A DNA stretch of 64,000 nt from assembly GCA_026770705.1 (NCBI GenBank), contig JANJGN010000018.1, positions 78,306,001 through 78,370,000 of the forward strand, read 5' to 3'. The notes beneath the pieces are model-generated. The model searched no databases. It saw nothing but the letters and a program-made list of their open reading frames with translations, and was not told where the DNA came from. Below, in pieces: positions 1-13,341 of the stretch. The position numbers and the translations under genes were made by a program. The first letter of the stretch is position 1. The number at the start of each line of letters is the position of its first letter. Origin of the DNA: Isurus oxyrinchus. Its lineage: Eukaryota.

Positions 1-779
1 TATTGTTAGAGAGGTTTAGTTCGGATAAAAACAAAAAACTGCGGATGCTGAAAATCCAAAACAAAAACAGAATTACCTGGAAAAACTCAGCAGGTCTGGC
101 AGCATCGGCAGAGAAGAAAAAAGTTGATGCTTAGAGTCCTCGTGACCCTTCAGCAGAACATGGCTACAACATATGGCTAGAAAGTTCTGCTGAAGGGTCA
201 TGAAGACTCAAAACGTCAACTCTTTTCTTCTCTGCCAATGCTGCCAGACCTGCTGAGTTTTTCCAGGTAATTCTGTTTTTGTTTTAGGTTAGTTCGGAGG
301 TTGTTGATACAATGAGGATTAACATTCAATGGGGCTGGTAGGTATAACTTTTAGCAGTTTTCGGGTGTGTAGAGCAGAGGCAATGTAAGATCAAAAGGCA
401 GCTGCAAGCCTCCAACTGGCTCCAGAGAAATCAAAGTGAAAGGAATCTCATTTTGAATTCGTAAGGTGAAAATGCTTTGTCTGATGTTTGGTTAAGTCTA
501 TGGGTTGCTGTTGCCTTAATGGAGATTAGTTTGGGAATTTGTTAAAAGTTATGATAGTAGTAATTTCTAGCCATATGTTGTAACCATATTTTAAACTGTG
601 TAAATTAATAAAATGTTTCATTTAGTTTAATGTAAAACCTCAAGACCTGGTGGTCTGATACCCGAATTTAGAGTTGCAACTTAAACGTAACACTTAAAGT
701 TATAGGTTATGACAGTTGTTTAAAGTTTCCCTTTGGGATTTTTAAATAACTCTGTTTTACCAACGTATCGGTCATAACA
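1..779 (+). mobile_element. LTR (3' part; runs off window start), same family as 37101-37807
   Basis: 300-779 aligns by eye with 37360-37807 (gcaatgtaagatcaaaag..., ttgctgttgccttaatggagattagtttgggaatttgttaaaagtt, aattaataaaatgtttcatttag). Contains AATAAA and ends in ...cataaca. Confidence 0.7.
26..286. mobile_element. Penelope-like element terminus inserted as an inverted (hairpin) pair
   Basis: ~56-160 is the reverse complement of ~184-286, with a ~23-nt spacer. Same terminal sequence as the Penelope copies at 33180-33317 and 40274-40410. Flanked by a near-perfect duplication gtttagttcgga (14-25) / ggttagttcgga (287-298). Confidence 0.85.
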
Positions 780-1386
780 TAGGTCTAATACCACCTAGCA
801 CCTTTCCTAGCACCTTTTCCCTGGTGATTGTGTTTGTTTTAAGTTGATCCCCCTCTATCAACTCTTATTATCAAGTATCTTTGGGAATTTTCTAAGTGTT
901 CTACTATGAAGACAGACACAAAATACCTGTTTAATGCCTCTGCCATTTCTATGTTTTCCATTATCAATTGCCCATACTCACAATCTAGAGGATCAACACT
1001 AGTTTAGTTACTCTTTTCCTATTTAAATACTTGTAGAGACTCTTACTATCTGTTTTTATATTACTAGCTAGCTTTCTCTCAAACTCTTCTTTCTGCCTCT
1101 TTATTATCTTTTCCGTCATTCTTTGCTGATCCTTAAAATCTGTCCAATCCTCTGACCTACCACTAATCTTTGCAGATTTGTACATTGTTTCTTTCAATCT
1201 TATAGTACCTTTAACTTCCTTATTTAGCCACAAATTATGCATCTTTCTCAAACAGCCTTTTTTTCTCATTAGGATAAACCTTTGCTGAGAGTTATGAAAT
1301 ATCTCCTTAAAAATTTGATGCTGCAACTCCACAATCCTACCATTTAACCTAGTTTCCCAGTTCACCTTAGTCAGCTCTGCCTTCAC
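780..1386 (-). mobile_element. CR1 LINE ORF2 fragment (decayed)
   Basis: ORF 985..1467 contains KLASNIKTDSKSLYKYLNRKR, the CR1 ORF2 linker motif. Confidence 0.85.
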
Positions 1387-2621
1387 AAGAACATAAGAAC
1401 ATAAGAAATAGGAGCAGGAATAGGCCATTCGGCCCTTCAAACCCGCGCCGCCATTCAATGAGATCATGGCTGATCTTCTACTGCAACACCATTCTCTTGC
1501 ACTATCCCTGTATCCCTTGATGTTTTAATATGTAGAAATCTATTGATCACAGTCTTGAACATACTCAACAACTGAATCTCCACAGCCCTCTGGGGCAGAG
1601 AATTCCAAAAATTCACCACCCTGAGTGGAAAATTCCTCCTCATCTCAGTCATAATAGGCGTTATTCCTGAGACCCTTATTCTGAGACAGTGGCCTCTGAT
1701 TCTCCTCCACCCCACCCCCCACCACCACCAGGGGAAGCCCTGTCGAGCCCTGTAATCATTTTATATGTTTGAATAAGATCACCTCTCATTCTTCTAAACT
1801 CCAGAGAATAAAGGGTCAGTTTATTTCATCTTTCCTCATAGGACAATCCCTCCATCCCAAGAATTAATTTAGTGAACCTTTGTTGCACTCCCTCTTTGGC
1901 AAGTATATCTTTCCTTAGGTAAGGAGACCAAAATTGTACACAATACTCCAGGTGCAGTGCCACCAAGGCTCTGTGTCATTGCAGTGAGACATGTTTACTC
2001 CTATACTCAAATCCTCTTGTGATAAAGGCCAACTAAGGCCTTCAAATTGCTTGCTGTACCTGCATGCTAGTTTTCAATGAATCATGATCAAGGACACCCA
2101 AGTCCTTTTCACGTTCAACACCTCCCAGCCTCTCACTCTTTAAGAAATGCTCCATATTTCTGTTTTTCCTACCAAAGTGGATGATCTCAGATTTCTCCAC
2201 ATTGTATTCCATCTGCCAAATTTTTGCCCACTCACTCAGCCTCTCCAAATGCCTTTGAGTGTCTTTGCATCCTCCTTACAACTCACACTTCCACCTTATT
2301 TTGTGTCATTTGCAAACTTGATATAGATTGTGAATAGCTGGGGCCCAACCCCTGATCCTTGCGGTACCCCACTAGACACAGCCTGCAAACCTGAAAATTA
2401 CCTATTTATTTCTACTCTCTGTTTTCTGTCCATTGACCATTTCTCAAACCATGCTAGTATATTGCTTCCAATCCCATACGCTTTAATTTTATTTACTAAC
2501 TTCTTGTATGGGACCTAATCAAAGGCTTTCTGAGAATCTAAATATACCGCATCCATCGGTTCCCCCTTATCTGCTCTGCTAGTTACATCTTAAGAAAACT
2601 CCAACAGGTTTGTTAAACATG

Positions 2622-3314
2622 GGCCTGAATTTCACACTTGGCGTGCACACCAAGTTGGCGGGCCCGAAAGTGGAAGTGAAATGTGCTTCCGCCCATGATG
2701 CGGCCACTGAACGCAATTTCACATGGGCTGTAAATTAACGGCTAGTCAGCGTGAAACACGTGATGAGAAAGCCTCAGTGCTACCAAGGTGGGTGGGAAGA
2801 GGGCAGGTGCTGACAATAGTGAGGGTGCAGGTGGGCACTTCTAGCGAGCTCCCTGAAGGAGCTGCTGTGGAGCTGCCTCAGGGAGCTGCATACCTATACA
2901 GATTAACTCACAAGAAAAAAAGCAACAAGCTGTATCTATGCAACACATTCAAGCATCTGACAGCAGAACTGAAAAAAATATCAGTCACCAGAAATCATTT
3001 TTCATTATATTTCACCCCAGAAATTTCATCCCGCCCTTGGATGAGGTTTCATTAAAAACAGTTTGCCTGCCTGTCCGTGCGACGAATGCAAAATCGCACG
3101 GGCAGCGTAAAATTGTGGACAATCGGTTTTTTAATGGCCTTAATTGGCCCTTTAACTGTCGGCAGGTGCGGCTCAGACTTCTGCATGCGCCTGCCAACCT
3201 CAATAGTGCTCGTATACATGATGACGTCAGGGCACGCACCCGACATCATTTTGCGCAATTTCATGTGCGTTCGGGTCAGGCACGCGCCCTCCTGATCAAC
3301 GTAAAATTCTGGCC
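2622..3314. mobile_element. Non-autonomous PIF/Harbinger MITE (~690 bp)
   Basis: TIRs GGCCTGAATTTCAC / revcomp GGCCAGAATTTTAC. 3-bp TSD ATG (2619-2621, 3315-3317) splits the CR1 sequence aaacATGatttccc. The TIR resembles the ends at 33912 and 46524. Confidence 0.85.
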
Positions 3315-4225
3315 ATGATTTCCCTTTCATAAACCCATGTTGACTCTGCCCAACCCTACCATTATTTTCTAAATGTCCTGTCATCACATCCTTTATCATA
3401 GATTCTAGCACTTTCTGTACTATTGATGTTAGTCTAGCAGGTCTGTAGTTCCTCATTTTCGCTCTCCCTCCTTTCTTAAATAGTGGGGTTACATTTGGCA
3501 CCTTCCAGTCTGCAGGAACCATTCCAGAGTCTATAGAATTTTGAAAGATGACCACCAATGCACCTACTATCTCTGCAGCCACCTCTTTCAACACTTTGAG
3601 TTGTAGATCATCAGGCCCAAGGGGTTTATCTCCTTTAAGTCCCACTAATTTCTCTAGTGGGAATATATTCTTTTACTAATATTAATATCTTGCAGTTCCT
3701 CATTTACACTTGTCCCTTGATTCTCCGTTATTTCTGGGATGTTTTTAGTGTTTTCCTCCATGAAGACAGACATAAAGTATTTATTTAGTTTCTCTGCCAT
3801 TTGCTCATTCCCCATTATAAATTGTTCTGACTCAATTGTAATGGACCCACATTTGTTTTCGCCAATCTTTTCCTTTTCACATACCTGGATAAGCTTTTAC
3901 TGTCCGTTTTACATTTTTTGCTAGGTTACTCTCATATTCTATTTTCCCTTTCTTAATCATTTTCTTGGTCCTCCTTTGCAGAATTCTAAAATGCCCCCAG
4001 TTCTCAGGTTTACCATTATTTGGCAACTTTATACACCTCTTCCTTTGATCTAATATAATCCTTGATTTATTTTATTAGCCACAATTGGGACACTTTCCTT
4101 GATGGGTTTTTGTGCACTAAAGGAATGTATTTTTGTTGTAAACTATGTATTAGTTTTTTAAATATTAGCCACTGTCTGTCTACGAACAGACCATTTAATG
4201 TAGTTCCCAATCTGCCATAGCCAAT

Positions 4226-7200
4226 ATGAAACGGGCGGCAGGAACTTCAGTTTGAAAATGGCACGGAAAGCAGGAGAGACTTCAGCTTAAAAAGAATGCG
4301 GAGAGCAGGACGGGGACCTCGGTTTTAAAACGATGCAGAGAGTGGCAGGAACTTCAGTTTGAAAAGGACGTGGAGAGTGGCGGGGACTTCGGTTTAACTT
4401 CAGGAGAGAAAGGTTAAAACAGTGAGACTTCGGGACAGAGAGGTTAAAGCAGTGAGACTTCGGGACAGAGAGGTTAAAGCAGTGAGACTTCGGGACAGAG
4501 AGGTTAAAGCAGTGAGACTTTGGGACAGAGAGGTTAAAGCAGTGAGACTTTGGGACAGAGAGGTTAAAACAGCGAGACTTCAGGAGAGAGAGACGTTAAA
4601 ACAGTGTGACTCAAGTAGGAGTAAGGATAAAATAAAAGCAAGGGTCCATATTCTATGTATTTAAGATATTTTTGGAGAGCTCAGGCCCATGATTTGCATA
4701 TCCTGCGCTATGTGGGAAATCCTAGGCGCTGCTGGCAGTCTGGATGACCATGTGCGCAAGAGGTGCCATCAACTGAAGCAGCTCCACCTCTGAGCTTTGG
4801 AGCTTCAATGGCAGCTGGGGGCACTACGGTGCAGTCACAAGGCTGAGAGGTTTGTGGATAGCACGTTTCAGGATGTGGTCACCCTGCAGCTTAAGGAAGT
4901 GCCAGCAGAGAGGGAATGGGTGACCGCCAGACAGAAGAAGGGGACCTGGCAGGTAGTGAGGGAATCCCCTGAGTGCACCTCACGCGCAAACCATTTTTCA
5001 GCCTTGGAAAATAGTGAGAGTGATGGTTCCTCTGTAGAGGCCAATCAGACCCAAGGTCATGGCACTATGTGTGGCCCAGCTGCTCAAGATGGGGGGAAGA
5101 AGTGTGAAAGGGCAATAGTGGTAAGGGATTCATTAGTGAGACAGACTGTTCTGTGGCTGTAGACGTGACTCTAGGATGGTATGTTGCCTCCTGGGTGCCA
5201 GGGTCAAGGAAGTCAAGGATTGTTTGCAGGGCATTTTGAAGGTGAAGGGTGAACAGCCAGAGGTCATGGTCCATGTTGGGAGCAATGGCATAGGAATAAA
5301 GAGAAATGCGGTCCTGCAAGCAGAGTTTAGGGAGTTAGGTAGGAAATTGAGAAGCAGGACTTCAAAGGTTGTAATCTCTGGATTACTCCCGCTGCCACGC
5401 AGTAGTGAGTATAGGAACAGAAGGATAAAGCAGATGAATGCACAGCTTTAAAGATGGTACAGGAGGGAGGGCTTTAGATTTCTGGGGCATTGGGACCATT
5501 TCTGGGGGAGGTGGGACCTGTACAAGTTGGATGGTTTACATCTGACCAGGAACGGGACCAACATCCTTGTGGGGAGATTTGCTAATGTTGTTGGGGCGAA
5601 TTTAAACTAAATTGGCGGGGAGGGTGGGATCCTGTAAAGTAGTTCAGAGGGGAGAGAAGCTGAGATGGAACTAGAAGTTAAAAACTCTAATAAGTGAGTC
5701 TGGAGGGTAGAGGAAATACAGGCTAGATAAGAAAGAAGTGAGTTTAGCCAGGCTAAATGGAATATATTTTAATGCAAGGAACCTGAGGAATAAGACAGAT
5801 GAGCTGAGGGCACAAATAGGCACATGAGAGAATGATATCATGACTATGACCAGGACTTGGCTAAAAGAAGGGCAGGATTGGCAGCTCAACATTTCTTATT
5901 ATAGGGTAATCAGATGAGATAGAGAAGGAGATAAAAGAGGAGGTGGGGTTTACAATATTGATCAAGGAATTAATTATAGCAGTGAGGAGGGATGAAATCT
6001 TGGAAGGATCATCAAATGAGGCCATGTGGGTAGAAGTAAAAAACACAAAAGAGGCAAACACACTGTTTGTGTGTACTATATGCCCCCCAAACAGTCAGGG
6101 AGAGATAGAGGATCAAATATGCAATCAAATTTCAGAGAAGTGTAAGAATAATAAGTCAGTAAAAGTAGGGGATTTTAACTACACAAATATTAACTGGGAC
6201 AGTTTAGTGTACAAGGTAGGGAGGGAGGAAAATTCTCAAGTTGCATCCAGGAGAACTTTTTTAGCTAGGACGCAGAAAGCCCAACAAGGGAGGGGGCAGT
6301 TCTGGACCTAATATTTGGTAATGAGCCCAGGCAAGTGGAAGGCATATCAGTAGGGGAGCAATTTGGAAATAGTGTCCATAACTTAGGTAGATTTAGGATA
6401 GCTATGGAAAAAGAGTAGGTTGGGCCAGGAATAAAAGTTCTGAAGTTGGGAAAGGCTAATTTCACTAAGATGAGATACAGTTTGCCTCAAGTGACTGGGA
6501 GCAGCTACTTGCAGATAAAACTGTCACAGCAGTAGGAGGCATCCAAGGAGGTAATAGCAAGGTACAGAGCAAATATGTTCCTGTAAAGACAAAGAGGTGG
6601 ACCAAGTATGGAGAGCACCAGATGTCAAGGGACATAAAGGTTAGGATTAAGAAAAAAAGAGAAACTTATGGCAGGTACCAAGGGCTCAACACAGCAGAGT
6701 CTCTAGAGGAGTATAAAAAGTGCAGGGAGGATCTTAAAAAGGAAATTAGGAAAGCTAAGAGAGTGCATGAGAAAGCATTGGTGGGTAGAATAAAGGAAAA
6801 TCCAAAGGGGCTTCTATAATATATAAAGAGCAAGAAAATAACTAGGGATAGCGTAAGGCCAATTAGGGACCATAGAGGTAATCTGTGTGTGGACCTGGAA
6901 GACATGGGTACAGTCCTCAATGAATACTTTGCTTCGGTCTTCACAATGGCAAAGGACGAGGCAGGTATAGACATCAGGGTGGAGGACTGTGAAATACTAG
7001 AGGAAAATAACATAGAGAGAGGATGTACTAGGAGGTTTAGTGGCCTTAAAAGTGGATAAATCCACAGGCCCTGGTGAAATGTATCCCTGGTTGTTGAGGA
7101 AGGCAAGGGAGGAGATATCAGGGGCCCTGGCAGTAACATTCAAATTCTCTCTGGCCACAGGTGAGGAACCAGAGGACTGAAGGACTGCTAACATTGTCCC

Positions 7201-8602
7201 ATTATTAAAAAAGGAAGGGATAGACCAGGAAATTACAGTCCAGTCAGTCTAACCTCGGTGGTGGGGAAGTTACTAGAAAGAATTCTGAGAGACAGAATAT
7301 AACTGCACTTGGAGAGACACAGATTAATCAGGGATAGTCAGCATGGATTTGTTGAGGGAAGGTAATGTTTGACAAATTTGATCGAATTTTTGAGGAGGTA
7401 ACCAGGAGTATTGATGAGGGTAATGCACTTGAAGTGGTCTACATGGACTTTAGCAAGGTTTTTGATAAGGTGTGTCATGGCAGACTGGTCAAGAAAGTAA
7501 GAGCGCATGAGATCCTGGACAAAGTGGCATGTTGGACCCAAAATTGGCTGAGGGGCAGGAAGCAGAGGATGATAGTAAAGGGATGATTCTGTGACTGGAA
7601 GTCTGTTTCCAGTGGGGTTCCACAGATCCCAGTGCTGGGGCCCTTGCTGTTTATGGTGTACATAAATGATTTGGGCTTAAATGCGAGGAGTATGATCAAG
7701 AAGCTCATGGATGACATGAAAATTGGTAGGGTGGTAAATAGTGAAGAGGATCGCCGAAAACTGTAGGAGGATGTCAATGGACTGGTCAAGTGGGCAGAGC
7801 AGTGGCAAATAGAATTCAACCTGGAAAAGTGTGAGGTAATGCTATTGAGGAGCGCTAACAAGGCAAGGGATTACACTATGAATGGTATGACCCTGGAAAG
7901 TACTGAAAATCAGAGGGACCTTGATGTGCATATCCGCAGATCTCTGAAGGTAGCAGGTCAGATAGATAAGTTAGTTAAGAAGGCATATGAAATACTTGCC
8001 TTTATTAGCTGAGGCATAGAATACAAGAGCAGGGAGGTTAAGCTGGAACTGTATAAAATGCTGGTTAGGCCACAACTGGAGTACTGAGTGCAGTTCTTGT
8101 CACCACATTATAGAAAGGATGTGATTGCACTGGAGAGGGTGCAAAGGAGATTTACCAGAGTGCTGCCTAGGGTCTGAGCTATGAGGAAAGATTGGATAGC
8201 TTGGGGTTGTTTTCCTTAGAGCAGCAAAGTTTGAGAGGGGATCTGATAGAGGTGCATAAGACTATGAGGGGCATGGATAAGATGGATAGGAAGGCACTTT
8301 TTCCTTAGTAGAGGGGTCAATAACCTGGGGGCATAGATTTATGGTAAGAGATAGAAGGAAAAGAGGGGAGTTGAGGAGAATTTTTTTCACCAACAGGGTG
8401 GTGTGAGTCTGGAACTCACTGACTGAAAGGGTGGTTGAGTCAGAAACTCTCGTAACATTTAAGAAGTATTTAGATATTCATTTGCCTCCAGGGCTATGGT
8501 ACAAGTGCTGGAAAATGAGATTAGTGTAGTCAGATCTTTGTTGACTGGCACAGACACCATGGGTCAAATGACCTCATATGCTGTAAATGTCTAAGAGTCT
8601 AT
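4226..8602 (+). mobile_element. Near full-length CR1 LINE (5'UTR, ORF1 with zinc finger + SGNH esterase, ORF2 APE-RT, tail), decayed
   Basis: ORF1 pieces CxxC (~4695), VVRDSLVR, CCLLGARV, VHVGSN, DGLHL. ORF2 pieces VGDFNYTNINW, VVYMDFSKVFDKVCH, GVPQ. Tail ...gtctaagagtctat. Many stops and frameshifts. Confidence 0.93.
4398..4606 (+). repeat. 30-bp tandem repeat (~6-7 units) in CR1 5'UTR
   Basis: Unit agtgagacttcgggacagagaggttaaagc repeated. Looser ~40-bp ggaacttcagtttgaaaa units lie upstream (4226-4400). Confidence 0.95.
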
Positions 8603-9170
8603 AATTTGCCTCTCATACCTTCATAGTTTCCTTTGTTTAGATTTAAGACCCTAGTGTCTGACTGAACTACATCATTTTCAAAGTAATATAAAATTCTATC
8701 ATATTATAGTCTCTCTTTCCTAAAGGCTCCTTTACTCCTAGATATTAATTAGCCCTTTTATATTGCACAATACCAGAGCTAAAATAGCCTGTTCCCTACT
8801 TGGTTCCTCTACATACTGCCCTAGAAAACTTTCTTGCATGCATTCCAAGATTCGACCTCCACAACATTAGTACTAATTAGGTTGACCCAGTCTATATGTA
8901 GATTGAAATCCCGCATGATTACTGTATTACCTTTGCTGCACGCACCTCTAATTCCCTGATTTATACTGTGATTTACATTACCACTGCTGTTTGAGGGCCT
9001 ATAAATAACTTCCACCAGTGTTTTCTGTACCTTGCTGTTTCTTAATTCCACTCGACTGATACTACATTTTGAACTTTAGGATTAAGGTCATCCCTCACTA
9101 CAGTACTAATGCCCTCTTTAATTAACAGAGCTACCCCATCACCTTTTCCTAGCTTCCTGTCCTTCCTAAA

Positions 9171-12100
9171 TCTCAATCAGAGTCGGTGCTTTATTGACAC
9201 CTGTTGTTGTATGAGGGGTGGTTATATACTGGAAAAGAATACATGCTAATTTTGTCGCTATAGAATCTCCAGACAACTTCTTCATAACAGATTTGAATAT
9301 CTGAACTGCTCTCTCGGCCAGTCCATTTGAAGAAGGGTGGTATGCTGAAGTTCTCACATGAGTAATACCGCTGAGGCTGATAAATTGGTGAAATTCAGCA
9401 CTCTTAAATACTGCTCCATTGTATGATACGACCACTTCAGGTAGTCCGTTGATTGTGAAACTTGTAGCTTGTCCATTGTAGCAGAAGGTGTCAGCAAGCT
9501 CATGTCATAAATGGCCATCCATTTTGAATGTGCATCGACGATAAATAGAAACATTGTTCCATTAAAAAGTCCCACGTAGTCGATGTGTGCTCACACCCAC
9601 GGCCTTTCTGGCCACTCCCAGGGGTATAACAGAGCTGTTAGAGGTAATTTTTGTGCTTGCTGACACTGCTTACAACTTCTCACTAAGTTTTCTATTTCTC
9701 CATCCATTCCAGGCCACCGTAAACAGCTGCACGTTATAGCCTTCATTTTGGAAATTCTGGGATGTGCACTGTGAAGTTCAGATAACAATGTCCTTTTGGA
9801 GGAACAATCTCTCGTTCTCCCCACAATAAGATACCTCCCTGGCTGCTTATAACGTAACTTCTCTGGAAATACAGTTTCATTTCATCAGATTCTTGTTTTT
9901 GTAACCAACCATGAAGAACTTGATCTCACACTTTGGATAAGACTGGGTCTTGATCTGCCAATCTCTAATCTGTCTGGCACATATTGGCGAAGAATCCAGG
10001 AAGTTCAATAATAAAACAAATTCTTGAGGAATTGGAACATCCTCATCTTTTACTTGCATGGGCAAACAACTGAGTGCATCTGCTTTTGCAGTTTGACTTC
10101 CGGGTCTATGAATGAAAGTATATTCATACACTGCCAAGATCAATGCCCATCTTTGTACTCTTGCTCAGGCTATAGGGGGTATTGACTTGTCTTCGCTGAA
10201 TAAACCCAATAATGGCTTGTGGTCCAATATGATTGTAAAATGATGACCATGTACATATTGGTGAAACTTCTTAACACCAAAAATGATTTATAAACCTTCT
10301 TTTTCTATTTGAGAATACCCTTTTTCTGCAGTACTGAGTGTTCTCAATACATACCCTATAGGTTGTTCTGATTCATCATCCATTCGATGGGAAAGCATTG
10401 CTCCCAGTCCATAGGGAGATGCGTCATACGTTAATATCAACTCTTTTTGGGTAAAAATATACTAGAAGGGCAGATAATTGCAACAACTGTTTCACTTTTG
10501 TGAAAGCTTCTTCCCGTGGTGTTTGCCAAGACCATTGCTGGTTTTTCTTAGGCAAGTAATACAGGGGTGCCAGGTCCATCGACAAATGAGGCAAGAAACA
10601 TCCATAGTAATTGATCATTCCTAAGAATGATTTCAGTTCAGATGTATTCTTTGGCACTGGTTCTTCACCAATGACTTTCACATTTTTGTCAACTGGGTGT
10701 AGGCCTTGTGAACCTACCTTGTGATTTAGGTAAGTTGCCTCTTTCACTTGAAATATGCACTTTTCTTTTTTCAAACTCACTCCAACCTGCAACAGCATTT
10801 TAAAACTTCTTCCAAGTTCATCAAATATTCCTTTTCAGTGAGTCCAGTCACGAGAACATAATCCAAATAAACTACAATATGGGGCAGTCCCTGTAGTAAA
10901 CTTTCCATGGTTCTTTGGAATATGGCTCAAGCTGAAGATACGCTAAAAGGTAAATGGATGTATTGGTACAATCCTTTATGTGTATTAATAGTGACAAACT
11001 TCTGGGAGGCCTTCTCTAATTCCAATTGTTGATAGGCATGACTCATATCAAGCTTCATGTAGGCACTTTCACCCGCCAGTTTAGCGTATAAATCTTCAAT
11101 TTTTGGTATGAGGTGTCTGTCCAACTTGGCCACTTTAATGACTGTTAATTTGTAGTCTCCACAAATTCGAATGCTTCAGTCAGGCTTGAGAACTGGTACA
11201 ATTGGTGCTGCTCACTCTGAAAACTGCAATCGTTGTATCACTCCCAGTTTTTCTAATCTGTCCAGTTCGGCGTCTACCTTTTCCAGTGTTGCATAAGGTC
11301 TTGCCTTCATGAATCTGGGTGTTGCATCTGAATCTACATGAATTTTTGCTCGTAGCCCCTCAATCTTTCCAAGTTCGTCCTTGAAAACTGAGGCATATTT
11401 TTGTAGTAGCTCTGATAACCCATTAGTTCTCAGATGGAAGATTTCAGTCCATTCCAATTTAGTTTCTTTCAGTCAGCTTCATCCGAGGAGATTAGGTCCC
11501 TCGCCTACTACCACTATTAAGGGCAATTTCACTGTTTGACCTCTGTAGTGTACTGTGACTTTACATAGAAACATAGAAACTAGGAGCAGGAGTAGGCCAT
11601 TTGGCCCTTCGAGCCTGCTCTGCCATTCATTATGATCATGGCTGATCATCCAACTCAATAGCCTGCTCCCGCTTTCTCCCCATACCCTTTGATTCCTTTT
11701 GCCCCAAGAGCTATATCTAACTCCTTCTTGAAAACATACAATGTTTTGGTCTCAACTACTTTCTGTGTTAATGAATTCCACAGGCTCACCACTCTCTGGG
11801 TGACATATGTCCTTGACTTGTATGTCTTCTCTCATGTAAGTTTTCAATTTGGCATCAGTTTCTTCCAAATTTAGTTGATGTTCCCCATGATTCAGGTATT
11901 TAAAAGTATGCTCACCTATCACCGTAGTAGCTGCCCCAGTATCCACCTCCATTTCGATAGGCCTCTCACTCACTCCCGTGGTTACATAGATAGGTTCTGT
12001 TCTTCCTACCTTTAAATTATATAACAAATAAATATCAGAATCGATTACTTCAAGCTTTTCAACGCTGTTAATCTCATTGGGTTTTTGCTTTTGTTTGAAA

Positions 12101-13341
12101 GTCTGCCTGATTCTAGCTTTACAATGATTCATGAGGTGTCCATTTCCATGACAGAAAAAATATTCGATCCTTTTAAACTGTGATTCATTACAAGGTTGTT
12201 TGCTTCCATTTATGCTACCATAATGCCATGTTTTTGCTGCTAAGTTATCTGTTTTAATTTGTCTGCTAGTGATGGCTGCTTCCAGCTTTTGAGTAAAGAT
12301 TTGCACTTTTGCGCTCTTTTTGGCTGAGGCTCCCTATCCAACATAGAGGGTGGCACCATTTTGCACTCCCTGTATGGCTTTCAAGTCTCACACTGCACCC
12401 TCCCTTGCCAGAGCGATTTCCAATGCCTTCTGAAAACCTAGTTTTGTTTCAGACAGTAATCTCTTCTGAATCGCATCTTTATTTATACCGCACACCAAAC
12501 AATCTCTAAGCATATCATTGATAGATGTACCAAACTCACAAAATATTCAGTTAATTGTTTCAGCCTTGCCACATCACAAGCAATTGTCTCCCCCACGGCT
12601 CTCTTCTTAGAGTTAAATTTGCATCATCACCAACGACTTGGGCTGGTAATGATTCTTTAAGTCATCATTAAGTCATCAAAACATTTCAAATCTGGAGCAC
12701 TAGGTGCCAACAAATTTCCAATTAATCCAAATGTCTTCCTCCCACATGTGGATAAGAGGATTGTGCGGCACTTCTCCTCTCCCGCAATGTTGTTCGCCTG
12801 GAAGAAGAACGTGAGACGTTCAACATAATGAAACCAATCGTCCTGGGTTGAATCAAAAGGCTCCATTCTTCCAAATTGTGGCATGTTTTGAGGGGATTTT
12901 TCTTTACTTACAACTGCCGTGTGAGGTACAGCCTGATTTTGGTTCTCCTGATTTCCTTTGTTCTTTCTTACTTTTTACCAAGCGTTTTCACGTCTTTTCT
13001 TGCTTTTTACTCTCGTTGCCAGTTTGTTGGATCCAGTGCCCTGGTTTGTTGGGGCTAAAGGATCCAGGTTGCACGCTTGTTTTGGGGTGACCGAGTTGGT
13101 ACCAAGACAGAAAGGGCAGTAGATTGTGCTTAGAAGAAACACATTCTGTTTATTTACAAAAGGAATTTAGCAGCTACACTTGTGTGCTTACAACTCAAAA
13201 CATTTCTTTACTCTTCAGATTCTAACTCAAGACTACTGACTATAGAGGTAGCCCGCGCTACTCTGCTATTGGGTGTCAAGATCATGTGATCTTACATTAC
13301 AACACTTGTCTTAAAGGTATATTACACATCAGATTATTGCA
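9171..13341 (-). mobile_element. Gypsy (Mag/K02A2.6-like) LTR retrotransposon, 5' LTR + gag-pol, 3'-truncated
   Basis: 5' LTR 13025-13341; PBS TGGCAACGAGA (13021-13011). Gag MPQFGRMEPFD..WFHYVERL; protease MEVDTGA; RT LDMSHAYQQL/INTHKGLYQY; integrase ELHSAHP..CKQC, VDAHSKW, YHPSSNGLAER. Frameshifted. Confidence 0.93.
11563..11803 (-). mobile_element. 5'-truncated CR1 3' end inserted in the Gypsy element
   Basis: acatagaaacatagaaactaggagcaggagtaggccatt tail followed by CR1 3' ORF2 sequence; interrupts the protease/RT region. Confidence 0.85.

Larger units (their letters stand above)
1387..9170 (-). mobile_element. CR1 LINE (3' end to endonuclease), interrupted by a MITE (2622-3314) and another CR1 (4226-8602)
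   Basis: (aagaacat)n tail at 1387. RT motifs WQMEYNVEKSEIIHFG and VPADWKVPNVTPLFKKG...QHGFMKGKS. Endonuclease VIYRPSNS/IMRDFNLHIDW at 8821-9051. The sequence reads through when the inserts are removed. Confidence 0.9.

Noticed and set aside
4422-4664. ORF (RLRDREVKAV)n and a CRISPR-like periodicity
   Set aside because: Plain 30-bp tandem repeat with no unique spacers, in a CR1 5'UTR; eukaryotic context.
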